Of a stretch of DNA of 64,000 nucleotides, positions 39,484 through 49,361 are shown in pieces; within the stretch, counting starts at the first letter, position 1, and every line of letters starts with the position of its first letter. Source of the stretch: an uncultured Bacteroidia bacterium (GTDB lineage Bacteria > Bacteroidota > Bacteroidia > NS11-12g > UBA9320); contig CAWURO010000002.1 in the NCBI GenBank assembly GCA_963924815.1, positions 1,667 to 65,666 on the forward strand, read 5' to 3'. Made by a program: the position numbers and the translations under genes. The notes beneath the pieces are model-generated. The model was not told where the DNA came from, did not search any database, and saw only the letters and a program-made list of their open reading frames with translations.

Positions 39484-39639
39484 TTGCTATTGATATCTTA
39501 TATAAAACCTAAAATACTAAGTGCCTATTTTAGGTAGGCAAATTTAGCCTAACCAATGGTATTCCTCTTAAATTATGTTTACAAAAAAAAGTGTTTTCTC
39601 TTTTAAGAGTTTGTATTTTCTAATTTAGGATAGTTGACC

Positions 39640-40986
39640 TTATTGAACAAACAAATTCGCTGCAGATACTCTACTGCTATTGTGGGTTTTTAAGGTGCTA
39701 ACAGCACTGTTAAACTGACCATTGACATAAGAAAACCCTGTGCGTTCAGCATTAACAGAACTCTGAAGTAACGCCATGTTGCGGTCAAAAATGCTGGTCA
39801 TTCTACTAGTAGTATAAGTAGTTTCTACAAAGGATTTTATATAATTTTTATATCTTTTAAGGTAGTCTGTATCAGCGATTATATAACTTATGAGTGGCCA
39901 ATTAGTCCCAACACCACTCATGTCAAATGGAAGAGCTCCTCCCATTTTGCCTGATTGAAAAGCTTCGTTGTTATCCCAAACTATCCATCTTAACTTACCC
40001 ATAGTCGGATCATTATACAAGTAGTAGTTATGCGTCATTCTTCCATAGGTGTCCCAATTTTGTATAGTCGTATTTACCGCAAGATATTTTAAGAAACCAT
40101 CCACATCAAAGACAGATTCTAAGTCTGATCTCCATTGTGCTGTATTTGTTATTCTTGTGTCAGCATGTAGGTAGTTAAACATTTTTTGCACGTCAGATTT
40201 ATCGTTTTGTACCTCATTTGTCTTTAATTCAAAATGATCTAGGTTAAATCCAGTTTGAGCAAAAGCTGCACCTGAACCATCAGGCTTGTAACAGTTTCCA
40301 GTTTTGGTGCCGAAATACGTTTCAAGGAAGGTGTCGGATATGATCTCGCACATAGTGTATACACCGTAATATTCAGGTCCGCTTCCTTTATTAATATATA
40401 CTTCATAATAAACAGTTCTTACTGCTGGCACACCAAAATCTCGGAATAACTCATCAGCTACATGCTCTCTCATGACAGATGGGTCATTGTAATTACTACT
40501 CATGGATAATTCTTTAAATCCATAGAAGCGTTGATCTTTGATTTCAGGATTCACATCCTCAAACTCGTCAAAATCAAAACGCATGGGCAGTTTTCCGCTA
40601 TTGGCTCTAAGTGATGAATTACCTTTGTAACGTACTCCTACATCTTTCCAAACTAAGTTATTATAATAGATGTCTGCCGGAAAATAGGTAGGGTTATCAT
40701 TGCTAAATGTCCCGCCAGGGCCTCCTCCTCCTGCAGTCTTTACTTTTAGGTCAGCCTGCATGGCTGTCCATTCTTCGGGGGTAAATACAATTTCAATTCT
40801 ATGAACTTTGCTATTATCGAAAACCACATCATAGTTGGCAGGAAAGCCGTTATCATGTGTTTCAGATCCCTCACCAGTAGGGTCTACTATAACTTCTTCG
40901 TCAGGAACAAAAATTACTTTTTTACAAGAAAAGAATGAAATGCTTATTAGAAGAAGTGCTGAAAATTTCAAGGTTTTTGCAGTCAT
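39640..40986 (-). CDS. CotH kinase-like family lipoprotein
   Basis: Lipobox LISISFFSC; CotH-like core REHVADELFRDFGVPAVRTVYYEVYINKG...YGVYTMCEII. Last gene of the VTC operon. Confidence 0.6.
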   Translation of the reverse strand: MTAKTLKFSALLLISISFFSCKKVIFVPDEEVIVDPTGEGSETHDNGFPANYDVVFDNSKVHRIEIVFTPEEWTAMQADLKVKTAGGGGPGGTFSNDNPTYFPADIYYNNLVWKDVGVRYKGNSSLRANSGKLPMRFDFDEFEDVNPEIKDQRFYGFKELSMSSNYNDPSVMREHVADELFRDFGVPAVRTVYYEVYINKGSGPEYYGVYTMCEIISDTFLETYFGTKTGNCYKPDGSGAAFAQTGFNLDHFELKTNEVQNDKSDVQKMFNYLHADTRITNTAQWRSDLESVFDVDGFLKYLAVNTTIQNWDTYGRMTHNYYLYNDPTMGKLRWIVWDNNEAFQSGKMGGALPFDMSGVGTNWPLISYIIADTDYLKRYKNYIKSFVETTYTTSRMTSIFDRNMALLQSSVNAERTGFSYVNGQFNSAVSTLKTHNSSRVSAANLFVQ

Positions 40987-41702
40987 ATTTTTTTTGCTTT
41001 AATGGTGTATACATATTGAATCCCAATAATATTCGTCGTTTTACGGAATACACCTGTCAGTTCTTTTTCCATTCTATAGTATGCGCCTAACTCACCCGCA
41101 TTTTTAAAATTATAATCCGTGCCGACAGTGTATCGTACTCGGTTTAACCCTTCGTTATTATTTCGCAGGTTAAAAACCTCTGCAGATAATTTTGGATCAA
41201 ATTTCCAATTTTTTATATTATAGCCTGCCCCAATTTTAAATCTTAGCGTATTTTGTGCAGTATCTCCTTCTGCTTTAGTTATGTTAAGTTCGTTTTTTGA
41301 TTGATAACTAAGTCTGTATTTTAAGTCCAGGTTTTTAATCTCATGTTTAAAGCCTAAATCAGCATTCCATCTGAAATGAGTTTCATAACCTTGTTTCTTG
41401 CCAATATTGTCGTTTTCTTTTATATATCGTGAACCTAAGCCGAGGTTAAACTTTTTACTCAGGTTAAAGTTGGCTGTTATTTCTGAGAAATATTGATCTA
41501 TATTACGTGCATTGTCTTTTAGCCTGAGCTGCTCTTCAAATGCAAAATCTAATTTTTTATTGACTTTATATTTAACTTGTGTAGATGTCCACGTTTCTAA
41601 ATCTTGGATAGTATAATAAGTTCCACTTTGGGCAAATAATGAAGTTATACCTGAACATAATATAATTGTAGTTAACAAAAGTTTAATGGTGTTCCCAAGC
41701 AT
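40983..41702 (-). CDS. outer-membrane beta-barrel protein (DUF2490-like)
   Basis: Signal peptide, alternating amphipathic beta-strand pattern, 239 aa; 4-nt overlap with downstream CotH. Confidence 0.4.
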   Translation of the reverse strand: MLGNTIKLLLTTIILCSGITSLFAQSGTYYTIQDLETWTSTQVKYKVNKKLDFAFEEQLRLKDNARNIDQYFSEITANFNLSKKFNLGLGSRYIKENDNIGKKQGYETHFRWNADLGFKHEIKNLDLKYRLSYQSKNELNITKAEGDTAQNTLRFKIGAGYNIKNWKFDPKLSAEVFNLRNNNEGLNRVRYTVGTDYNFKNAGELGAYYRMEKELTGVFRKTTNIIGIQYVYTIKAKKI

Positions 41703-41706
41703 TATT

Positions 41707-42306
41707 CTAGTTATAATGTGTAATGATAATAGTTGCAGAATCTTTTAAGAAGTCGATATCCCCAACTTTAATATTCTCTATTTTGAGACCTGTTCTTGCC
41801 TCTAAATCTTGTCTTAGTATAGCGGAGTTCTCAGGCTTGATGTTTTCTATTTTTTCATATTGAATTATTTTGACACTGACATTTCGTGTAAACCATAAGC
41901 GCTCGATGGTATATAATGCCAGTACAACTAAAATGTTAGCCGTTAGGATTTCCGCGTAACTCATTTTTTGGTTGGCTAAAGAATTTACCACAGATACACC
42001 AATTACCACAAATAGGTAAGTCATTTCCTTAATAGGCACAGCATCTGTACGGTAACGGATTATACCAAAAATGGCAAAAAGTCCTAGGGCCATACCTATA
42101 TCTAATTCATACTTTTTAAGCGTAAAACATAAAAGAAATACAATAATTCCGATCATGTAATAGGTAAAAAGATAATCTTTTCGCTTAGTCGCTCCATAAT
42201 ATAGCCATCGTATGATTAAGGTTAAAAAAGATATATTCAATAAAAAGCGAAACGTCATTTTGTAGAAGTCGTCGTCGAAGAATGGGATACTTAAGAATTC
42301 AGTCAT
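41707..42306 (-). CDS. DUF4956-like integral membrane protein
   Basis: 199 aa with 4-5 TM helices and a soluble C-terminal tail. The start abuts the stop of the VTC gene. Confidence 0.45.
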   Translation of the reverse strand: MTEFLSIPFFDDDFYKMTFRFLLNISFLTLIIRWLYYGATKRKDYLFTYYMIGIIVFLLCFTLKKYELDIGMALGLFAIFGIIRYRTDAVPIKEMTYLFVVIGVSVVNSLANQKMSYAEILTANILVVLALYTIERLWFTRNVSVKIIQYEKIENIKPENSAILRQDLEARTGLKIENIKVGDIDFLKDSATIIITHYN

Positions 42307-43038
42307 TTACGAAGTGATTTTATTTAAGGTTAAAAGTTTATGTTTAAATACGTTTTGTTTAAGGTCGGGATGTAAAATAGCCATTCCTATGCAGTATTTG
42401 CTAATGGAATAGGGATGAATATACGCGCATTTCAAGACCTTAAAAAGTGTAGAATTGCGGTTAAGTCGTTCTTGTTTTAATTCGATAATAGCTAATTTTT
42501 GGTTATGAATGACTCCATTATAGTCGAGATTTAAATCAAAAGTTACGCGTTCTTTTTCTGAAGTGCTAGCCAATGTAAATCGGTTGAATCTATTTGTCAA
42601 TTTAGGGTTTAGTTCCCATTTTTGCAGCGTTGCTTGTTCAATAAAAGAAAGAGCTTCAGAATTAAGTTTCTTCTCGCCTTGACGTATTTTAATCCTCTTT
42701 TTGACGGTCAATCCTTTATTATTTTTTAGCTTAACTTCTAAAAATGAAAGATTTGATTCTACGTAGTTCCTGATTCTAACTTTTACACGACTAGTTCTTT
42801 TATTGTGATGAGCAAGATAGAAGTCATTTTCTCTAGTGTCAAAATAGGTGGAATCATAGGTCATCATTCGATTACCTCCAATTTCTAGAATCCGGTAATT
42901 GCTTTTTAGAGATGCCAATAACTCTGGGAGTATATCTTGATTCACCACAAACTTAGTGTCCACTCTTTTCATAAGTGAAACTTCGTCCATTTGCTCAAGA
43001 CTAATGGCTTCGAATATTTCGAGATTACTAGATTGCAA
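42307..43038 (-). CDS. VTC-domain protein (polyphosphate-polymerase / triphosphate-tunnel-metalloenzyme-like, CYTH fold)
   Basis: 243 aa; VDTKFVV, YDSTYFDT...FYLAHHNKRTSRVKVRIRNY...FLEVKLK pattern typical of VTC/CYTH beta-barrel tunnel enzymes. Confidence 0.55.
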   Translation of the reverse strand: MQSSNLEIFEAISLEQMDEVSLMKRVDTKFVVNQDILPELLASLKSNYRILEIGGNRMMTYDSTYFDTRENDFYLAHHNKRTSRVKVRIRNYVESNLSFLEVKLKNNKGLTVKKRIKIRQGEKKLNSEALSFIEQATLQKWELNPKLTNRFNRFTLASTSEKERVTFDLNLDYNGVIHNQKLAIIELKQERLNRNSTLFKVLKCAYIHPYSISKYCIGMAILHPDLKQNVFKHKLLTLNKITS

Positions 43039-43137
43039 TTATTAGGATTGTGTTAAGCTTACGAAATTAATCTATTGTAACTTTAATGTTACTAGAACAT
43101 TTAGACGTCTGCTAATAGGTAACCCTTCGTTGCATTT

Positions 43138-43923
43138 TTATGCTAGGTTTTGAGATGTACTTTGAGTAATAAGTTCATTAATGGCATCCCAAAGTGCAAC
43201 TCTTTTTTTTAAAGATTCTTTAGCAACTTCTAGGGTTTCACTCCATTTTAAATCATCATCTTCACACAATGCACTTATCATTTGCAATGACAGAGGTCCA
43301 TGCTCATCTCCATCTAAATCTATATGCCGCCGCAAGTAATATCTTAGTTTGCCGTAATGTTGATTCTTTGAATCTGCATTTTTAAGAATTTCGATGAACA
43401 TATCTGGAATAACATCTTCTCGTCCAAAGGTAAATGCTGAAGCTACTACATGTGATTTCCCCGTTTCAATGATAGAAAAAGAGTAACGAACGAAATCTGC
43501 TACACGTTCGTCAATGGTGATTTTGTTTAATGCAAAATCTACAGATTCTCCTTCTTCTATAAGTTTAATAAGTTTTGTAATCTCATTTGCGTTGGCATTA
43601 AGTTGCTTCATTGCGTCCAAATACATTTCAAAATGACTGTTGGGTTCGCCTAACTCATTTAGGTCACTTTCTTCTCCGTGCACTATTTCGTTAATAAACC
43701 TAGCTAATGCGGGCTTCTTGGCTGGCGTCCATGGGGTACTTATGTTGGTTAGTTTAGCTTGTAGTGATTTCAATAATGACATAAAATCCCATACGGCAAA
43801 AACATGATTCTCCATAAATATTTTCACATCCTCTATATCCTTTAAATTTTGATAAAGCGGGTGATTTTGTAATTGATTTCTAAGCGCAGAAATTTCGTTT
43901 TCTATATATTTTATGTTATCCAT
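43138..43923 (-). CDS. DUF3050-like protein (possibly heme-oxygenase-like helical fold)
   Basis: 261 aa, all-helical; [16 protein letters not shown] motif recalled from DUF3050 members. The assignment is from memory. Confidence 0.4.
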   Translation of the reverse strand: MDNIKYIENEISALRNQLQNHPLYQNLKDIEDVKIFMENHVFAVWDFMSLLKSLQAKLTNISTPWTPAKKPALARFINEIVHGEESDLNELGEPNSHFEMYLDAMKQLNANANEITKLIKLIEEGESVDFALNKITIDERVADFVRYSFSIIETGKSHVVASAFTFGREDVIPDMFIEILKNADSKNQHYGKLRYYLRRHIDLDGDEHGPLSLQMISALCEDDDLKWSETLEVAKESLKKRVALWDAINELITQSTSQNLA

Positions 43924-43955
43924 TTTTGTACGTTATGTATTAAATAATCCTGTTT

Positions 43956-44591
43956 CTAGCTAAGGTCTGTTATCTTACTGTCTTCTCGAACATAAGGTAA
44001 GTGAGCGATTTTATTTAACGAATAGTAAGTGTTTAGCCCACTTATTCCTGCAATTTCAAGTGCTTCTAAGTCAATATGACCTCCGTCTAAAATGATGTGA
44101 TCGGGAATTAGAATATGTTCAACTTGACCAATGATTAAACTTGTGCCATTTGTTTTGATGGGAATTTCTTCAACAAACCTCATCCCTAGTTTAACAGTAC
44201 TCTCTTGGACAAATGGTGCCTGAAAGTGCTCAATATATTCCGGCGTTAATTCACTTAGAACAAATTCGCTTTCGTTACTTTTAGCTTTTATGGAAGTGAA
44301 ATGTGCCTGCTTAATAAAAGAAGTGTGTACAAAATTGATAGTGTAGACGTCGGTACTTAGGATGTTTTCATGTGTATGTCGACGTACTTCACCTCTAGGA
44401 CGAAGTACAAAACCAAATAAGGCTGGATTACTGCCCAAATGCACAACAGAGCTAAATATAGCTAGGTTTTCAGTTCCGTCTTCGTTTATGGTGCCGATTA
44501 AGTTCGCCGGTTTAATGCCTGATAATGAGTTTATAAGATTTAGCCTTTCGATTCTATTCATCTCAACTAGGCCCTTTTGAGTAATGTGCAT
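43956..44591 (-). CDS. flavin reductase-like (FMN-binding split-barrel) protein
   Basis: 211 aa; ANLIGTINEDGTENLAIFSSVVHLGSNPALFGFVLRP resembles the flavin-reductase domain. Confidence 0.5.
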   Translation of the reverse strand: MHITQKGLVEMNRIERLNLINSLSGIKPANLIGTINEDGTENLAIFSSVVHLGSNPALFGFVLRPRGEVRRHTHENILSTDVYTINFVHTSFIKQAHFTSIKAKSNESEFVLSELTPEYIEHFQAPFVQESTVKLGMRFVEEIPIKTNGTSLIIGQVEHILIPDHIILDGGHIDLEALEIAGISGLNTYYSLNKIAHLPYVREDSKITDLS

Positions 44592-44767
44592 TCATTTTAA
44601 AAACGCTTCAATAATACTATTGTTCATCATTTTATGAATGTTATTTATCCCCTTTCAAATTCAATAAAATTTTTAAAGCTGTAAGTATAAAAACTGCACC
44701 AGATTAGCTCTAATATTTGGATAACTTTGAACCCTATATGAAACGGCTAATTTCTTACTAATAAAAT

Positions 44768-46075
44768 ATGGCATCAGTTATCAAATCATCAGCGGAAATA
44801 CTAGCTAAATTAGGCATTGAGCAGCTCAACCCAATGCAAGAAGAAGCATTCGGTGTAATATCAGAAAATAAAGGTACGATTATCTTATCTCCAACAGGCA
44901 CGGGTAAAACGGTGGCCTTTCTAATGCCACTTATTGCTTCATTGTCTCCAGAAATAGAAGAAATACAAGCATTGATAATAGCGCCTACTAGAGAGTTAGC
45001 TATACAAATAGAGCAAGTGTTGCGTAACATGGGTACGGGTTATAAAACCAACGTTGTTTACGGAGGCCGCAGCGGGTCACAAGATCGCAGAGATTTTGAA
45101 ACACGTCCAGCTATTCTTGTTGGAACTCCTGGTCGTATCGCAGATCACTTGCGTCGTGAAGCTTTTGATACTTCGTTTATTAACATGTTAGTACTTGACG
45201 AGTTTGATAAATCTTTAGAAATAGGCTTCGAAAGTGAAATGATGGAAGTGCTAGATGCATTACCTAATCTAAAAAAAAAGGTATTAACCAGCGCAACACA
45301 AGTAATAAATGTGCCAGGATTCGTAGGGCTTGTAAAGCCTGCCCAGATTAATTATTTACACAATGCTGTACCCAAATTAACGGTCAAACAAATAATTGTA
45401 GGAGATGATTTGCTGAAAGGTTTAGCAGACAGCCTAAAAGCCATCGGTAGCAAACCTGGAATTATTTTTTGTAACTATAAAGATACCATTAATGGTATTA
45501 GTGATTTTTTACAAGAAAGAGGAATATCCCATGGGCTCTTTTACGGAGGTCTTGAACAAAAAGATAGAGAACGTGCTTTGATAAAATTTAGAAACGGCAC
45601 GCATCAGTTGCTCCTTGCTACAGATCTTGCGGCAAGAGGCATAGACGTACCCGAAATCAAATTTATTATACACTATGAATTACCTCACCGTGAGCAAGAA
45701 TTTACCCATCGCAACGGTAGAACAGCACGTATGAATAGTGAAGGAACCGCGTATGTGCTCACTCGAAAAAATGCTGATATGCCAGAATACATGCCAGAAT
45801 TAGAAATAGCACAATTGGCAGGCGGTAAGGAATTAAAACCATCAGAATGGTGCACCCTATTTATTACAGGAGGTAAAAAGGATAAAATCTCGAAAGGAGA
45901 TATCGCTGGTTTATTTATAAAACAAGCAGGTTTGGAACCCTACGAAGTAGGACATATCGAAATTAAATTGGATTGTACGTTTGTCAGCATACACAGGTCG
46001 CAATTGACTGTTGCTCTATCTAAAACCAATAACACCAGGGTTAAAAAGAAAAAGATACGTGTAAGCGAAGCGTAA
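44768..46075 (+). CDS. DEAD-box ATP-dependent RNA helicase with C-terminal DbpA-type RNA-binding domain
   Basis: Q-motif, PTGTGKT, DEFD (a variant of DEAD), SAT, HRNGRTAR; C-terminal ~70 aa DbpA-like. Confidence 0.85.
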   Translation: MASVIKSSAEILAKLGIEQLNPMQEEAFGVISENKGTIILSPTGTGKTVAFLMPLIASLSPEIEEIQALIIAPTRELAIQIEQVLRNMGTGYKTNVVYGGRSGSQDRRDFETRPAILVGTPGRIADHLRREAFDTSFINMLVLDEFDKSLEIGFESEMMEVLDALPNLKKKVLTSATQVINVPGFVGLVKPAQINYLHNAVPKLTVKQIIVGDDLLKGLADSLKAIGSKPGIIFCNYKDTINGISDFLQERGISHGLFYGGLEQKDRERALIKFRNGTHQLLLATDLAARGIDVPEIKFIIHYELPHREQEFTHRNGRTARMNSEGTAYVLTRKNADMPEYMPELEIAQLAGGKELKPSEWCTLFITGGKKDKISKGDIAGLFIKQAGLEPYEVGHIEIKLDCTFVSIHRSQLTVALSKTNNTRVKKKKIRVSEA

Positions 46076-46132
46076 ATAAGATCGGCTTCTGCTTTTCAAC
46101 AGAATGAGTTGTGGTGAAAGCTTACTAAGAAG

Positions 46133-47245
46133 CTAGTTGCTTTTATTTTTAGCAATTTTATTAAAGTATATAATTCCGGCAATGCCTGCAATAATCATGG
46201 TCATTGATATAAGTTCTGCTTGGGTAAAAGCTACGCCATCAAATTGATCTGGGTTTACCCGTATTTTTTCAATTAAAAAACGCTCCATGCCTGCGAATAT
46301 GAAATAAATGCCAAACAAAACTCCTGGTACAAACTTTTTGCGGATTGACCACAAAATGCCAAAGATAATTAAGGCCATAATCACTTCGTAAAGCGGAGTA
46401 GGCCAAACAGGGTTTTCTAAAATTAGGCCGTGTACGTTATTGGGGTAAGAGTATGACCAAGCCCAATCAGGTAACCAATTTAACCATCCCGGTTTTGGGG
46501 CTAAATTTACTACCCCCCAGTCTCCGTCACCACTCATGTGGCAACCCATTCTTCCTATGCCATATCCAAGTATCACCGCAGGTCCTCCTACGTCAAGCAT
46601 GCTTTTCCAGTTAATTCCTTTCTTACCAGCATACCACAATACGCCAATGCCCCCGCCTATTAAACCTCCAAAGTAAGTTAACCCACTAAAAGGATCTCTA
46701 AAAAGAATCATTGGGTCGTCTACAAGTTGACTAAAGTATTCTAAGTGATGGAATAACTTAGCACCTGCAAAGCCAGATATTGCAGCCACTAAGGTCAGGT
46801 TGCCCATTAACATGTAAGGATGTACGGTGTACATTTCTCCTTCTTCTATTGGCTTTTCATTTTTTAGCTCGTAAAATTTATAGGCGATAAATGCTATTGC
46901 GAGAAGAATACCAAAAAGCCAAGATCCTTCGCCTGACAATAAAAATCCTTGCGGATTACCTGCGTGTTTTGAAAAATTTAAAGCCAGATAAACCATTTTA
47001 AATCCAAAGATGAAGCCAATCACACCATTACTTATATATTCAACAATAAGATTCGGAGCAACTCTTGGAAGTTGACTAGCGTGTATTTTACCTTCTTTTT
47101 CATAGCGTTTTAACTCAAGCGTCATTACCCAGTTGGCTGCTAAAAAAGCGACGGCAACCCAAAACCCAAACATCATAACTATTTTGAAAGCGGGAATGCT
47201 GATACCGAAAATATCTAATATGGCGTCGTATAAAGTAGGATACAT
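46133..47245 (-). CDS. lgt: prolipoprotein diacylglyceryl transferase-like membrane protein
   Basis: 370 aa polytopic. Lgt-like segments FRDPFSG...FGGLIGG, GYGIGRMG, PTPLYEVIMALIIF. The signature is divergent. Confidence 0.5.
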   Translation of the reverse strand: MYPTLYDAILDIFGISIPAFKIVMMFGFWVAVAFLAANWVMTLELKRYEKEGKIHASQLPRVAPNLIVEYISNGVIGFIFGFKMVYLALNFSKHAGNPQGFLLSGEGSWLFGILLAIAFIAYKFYELKNEKPIEEGEMYTVHPYMLMGNLTLVAAISGFAGAKLFHHLEYFSQLVDDPMILFRDPFSGLTYFGGLIGGGIGVLWYAGKKGINWKSMLDVGGPAVILGYGIGRMGCHMSGDGDWGVVNLAPKPGWLNWLPDWAWSYSYPNNVHGLILENPVWPTPLYEVIMALIIFGILWSIRKKFVPGVLFGIYFIFAGMERFLIEKIRVNPDQFDGVAFTQAELISMTMIIAGIAGIIYFNKIAKNKSN

Positions 47246-47361
47246 TTTTTATCTTTTGGGAGTTAGTGCCTATTGCTAATGCGAATAAAGGGATGAAATA
47301 TTAAAACTTATGATTTTATACAATAAGAATATGTTAAATAGAAGTGAACGGTTGATATAAC

Positions 47362-48669
47362 TTACTGCAAATGTTCTTTTAAGCTTGCTTTTGCCATGCC
47401 TCTTTCGTTAATCTGGTCAAAATTAAGGATTTCAATGGTATTCACTTTAGTGCTGTCGTAAGGCGCTTCAAACCGTACATAGTTTTCTGAAAAGCCTTGC
47501 ATATTTGTCCCTTGTCTTTCTTCTTCCCAAAGAACTTGCATGGATTTCCCTAGCTGAGTTTCATAAAAATAACGCTTCTTTTTTTCAGATAAAATACGCA
47601 ATCGCGTTGCTCGTTCCATTTTTATGGCTTTTGACACTTTACCTTCCATCTTTTTAGCCGTTGTGTTATTCCTTTCAGAATAAGGGAATACATGCAAATA
47701 ACTAATGTCTAATTCATTGAGAAAATTATAAGTATTCAAGAAATGCTCTTCAGTCTCTCCCGGGAAACCCACAATAACATCGACGCCTATGCAACTATTA
47801 GGCATTCTTTTTTTGATCCGAGCAATTCTGTCTGAATAAAGTTCACTGAGGTACTTTCGTCTCATCTTTAACAAAATTTCGTCATCTCCACTTTGTAGAG
47901 GTATATGAAAATGAGGCACAAATTTCTCGCTGGCAGACACAAAATCAATGATTTCGTTAGTTAATAGATTTGGTTCTATGCTACTTATTCTATAGCGATC
48001 TATGCCTTCTACTTTATCTAACTCTAGAAGTAGGTCGTAAAGCGTCTCTGCATAGTCTTGATCAGCCCCAAAGTCACCAATATTTACGCCTGTAATTACA
48101 ACTTCTTTAATATTAGTGGCAGCAACCTCTTTGGCTTTAGCTACTGTTTCTGATATACTGGCATTGCGGCTTTTGCCGCGTGCAAGTGGTATAGTGCAAA
48201 ACGAACAAAAGTAATCGCAACCGTCCTGGACTTTTAAGAAACTACGTGTTCTGTCACCATAGCTAAATGCCGGCACGAATTCTTGAGTTTCTTTAATGTT
48301 CTTATTAAATACAATTGCTTTTTCTTCTTTTTGAAGTGAATGCAAATGTTCTATCATATTAAACTTTTCTGCCGCGCCTAAAACCATATCTACCCCAGGA
48401 ATTTCTGATATTTCTTTGGGTTTAAGCTGAGCATAGCATCCTATTACCACGACATAAGCTTCCGGGTTTTGCTTTAAAACCGCCTTAACAGTGGTGCGAC
48501 ACTTCTTGTCAGCATTGTCAGTTACAGAGCACGTATTAATGATATATATATCAGACTCTTCATTGAAATCTACCTTGGTAAAACCATTAGATTCTAATTG
48601 TCGAACAATGGTGCTGCTCTCAGAATAATTGAGTTTGCATCCGAGCGTATGAATGGCTACACGAGACAT
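47362..48669 (-). CDS. radical-SAM methylthiotransferase, MtaB-like (MiaB/RimO family)
   Basis: N-terminal MTTase Cys triad (HTLGCKLN...), radical SAM CDYFCSFC, C-terminal TRAM-like domain. Confidence 0.7.
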   Translation of the reverse strand: MSRVAIHTLGCKLNYSESSTIVRQLESNGFTKVDFNEESDIYIINTCSVTDNADKKCRTTVKAVLKQNPEAYVVVIGCYAQLKPKEISEIPGVDMVLGAAEKFNMIEHLHSLQKEEKAIVFNKNIKETQEFVPAFSYGDRTRSFLKVQDGCDYFCSFCTIPLARGKSRNASISETVAKAKEVAATNIKEVVITGVNIGDFGADQDYAETLYDLLLELDKVEGIDRYRISSIEPNLLTNEIIDFVSASEKFVPHFHIPLQSGDDEILLKMRRKYLSELYSDRIARIKKRMPNSCIGVDVIVGFPGETEEHFLNTYNFLNELDISYLHVFPYSERNNTTAKKMEGKVSKAIKMERATRLRILSEKKKRYFYETQLGKSMQVLWEEERQGTNMQGFSENYVRFEAPYDSTKVNTIEILNFDQINERGMAKASLKEHLQ

Positions 48670-48875
48670 GACTGCAAAGGTATGTGGTAAATTTAAAACT
48701 AGTTAAGTAAGATTTAGGGTTAATTCACATGGAGGGGATGTGTTGGGAATAAACAGGAGTCTCATTGTAATGGATGAATGCCATACTATTAAGAAATAGT
48801 GTCATTCAAAGAGCGGATTACGAATAGCAAGAAATCAACCGAACCTAGTTTTTCTATTATCTTTGCTCTCTAAAC

Positions 48876-49361
48876 ATGACCACGAACGATATCCTACGAA
48901 GAACTCGATACGCTTTTGACTTTAGAGATACGTATATGATGGAGCTATTTGCCTCCGGAGGTATGGTGGTAAGTAAAGAACAACTTAAGGCTTGGTTACT
49001 CAAAGATGAATATGATGGTTTTAAAGAAGCTACGCACAAGGAGTTGGCTGTTTTTTTAAATGGATTAATCAATGAAAAACGAGGGAAAAAAGAAGGCCCT
49101 CAGCCAGAACCCGAAGAAGTGCTAACCAATAATATTGTCTTACGAAAATTTAAAATTGCCATGAATTGGCAAGATGAAGATATTTTGGAAACACTCATGC
49201 TGGGAGATATGAAATTTAGTAAGCATGAGCTAAGTGCTCTTTTTAGAAAACCTACACATACGCATTATAGACTTTGCAAAGACCAATTAATTCGTAAGTT
49301 GCTTATTGGTATGCACAGGAGATACAGGCCAAGTACGGCAACCAATACGACGGAGTTATGA
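48876..49361 (+). CDS. DUF1456 (YehS-like) family protein
   Basis: 161 aa; DILRRTRYAFDF motif repeated in two halves. Confidence 0.45.
   Translation: MTTNDILRRTRYAFDFRDTYMMELFASGGMVVSKEQLKAWLLKDEYDGFKEATHKELAVFLNGLINEKRGKKEGPQPEPEEVLTNNIVLRKFKIAMNWQDEDILETLMLGDMKFSKHELSALFRKPTHTHYRLCKDQLIRKLLIGMHRRYRPSTATNTTEL

Noticed and set aside
46076-46132. Terminator between convergent helicase and lgt-like genes
   Set aside because: Only 4-bp self-complementary AGCT elements with no stable stem. Not convincing.
48775-48808. Imperfect palindrome (TGAATGCCA ... TGTCATTCA) in the mtaB/DUF1456 divergent intergenic region as a regulator binding site
   Set aside because: Only 8 of 9 positions pair and the spacer is 16 nt. 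A match this weak could arise by chance in AT-rich DNA, and there is no adjacent regulator gene.
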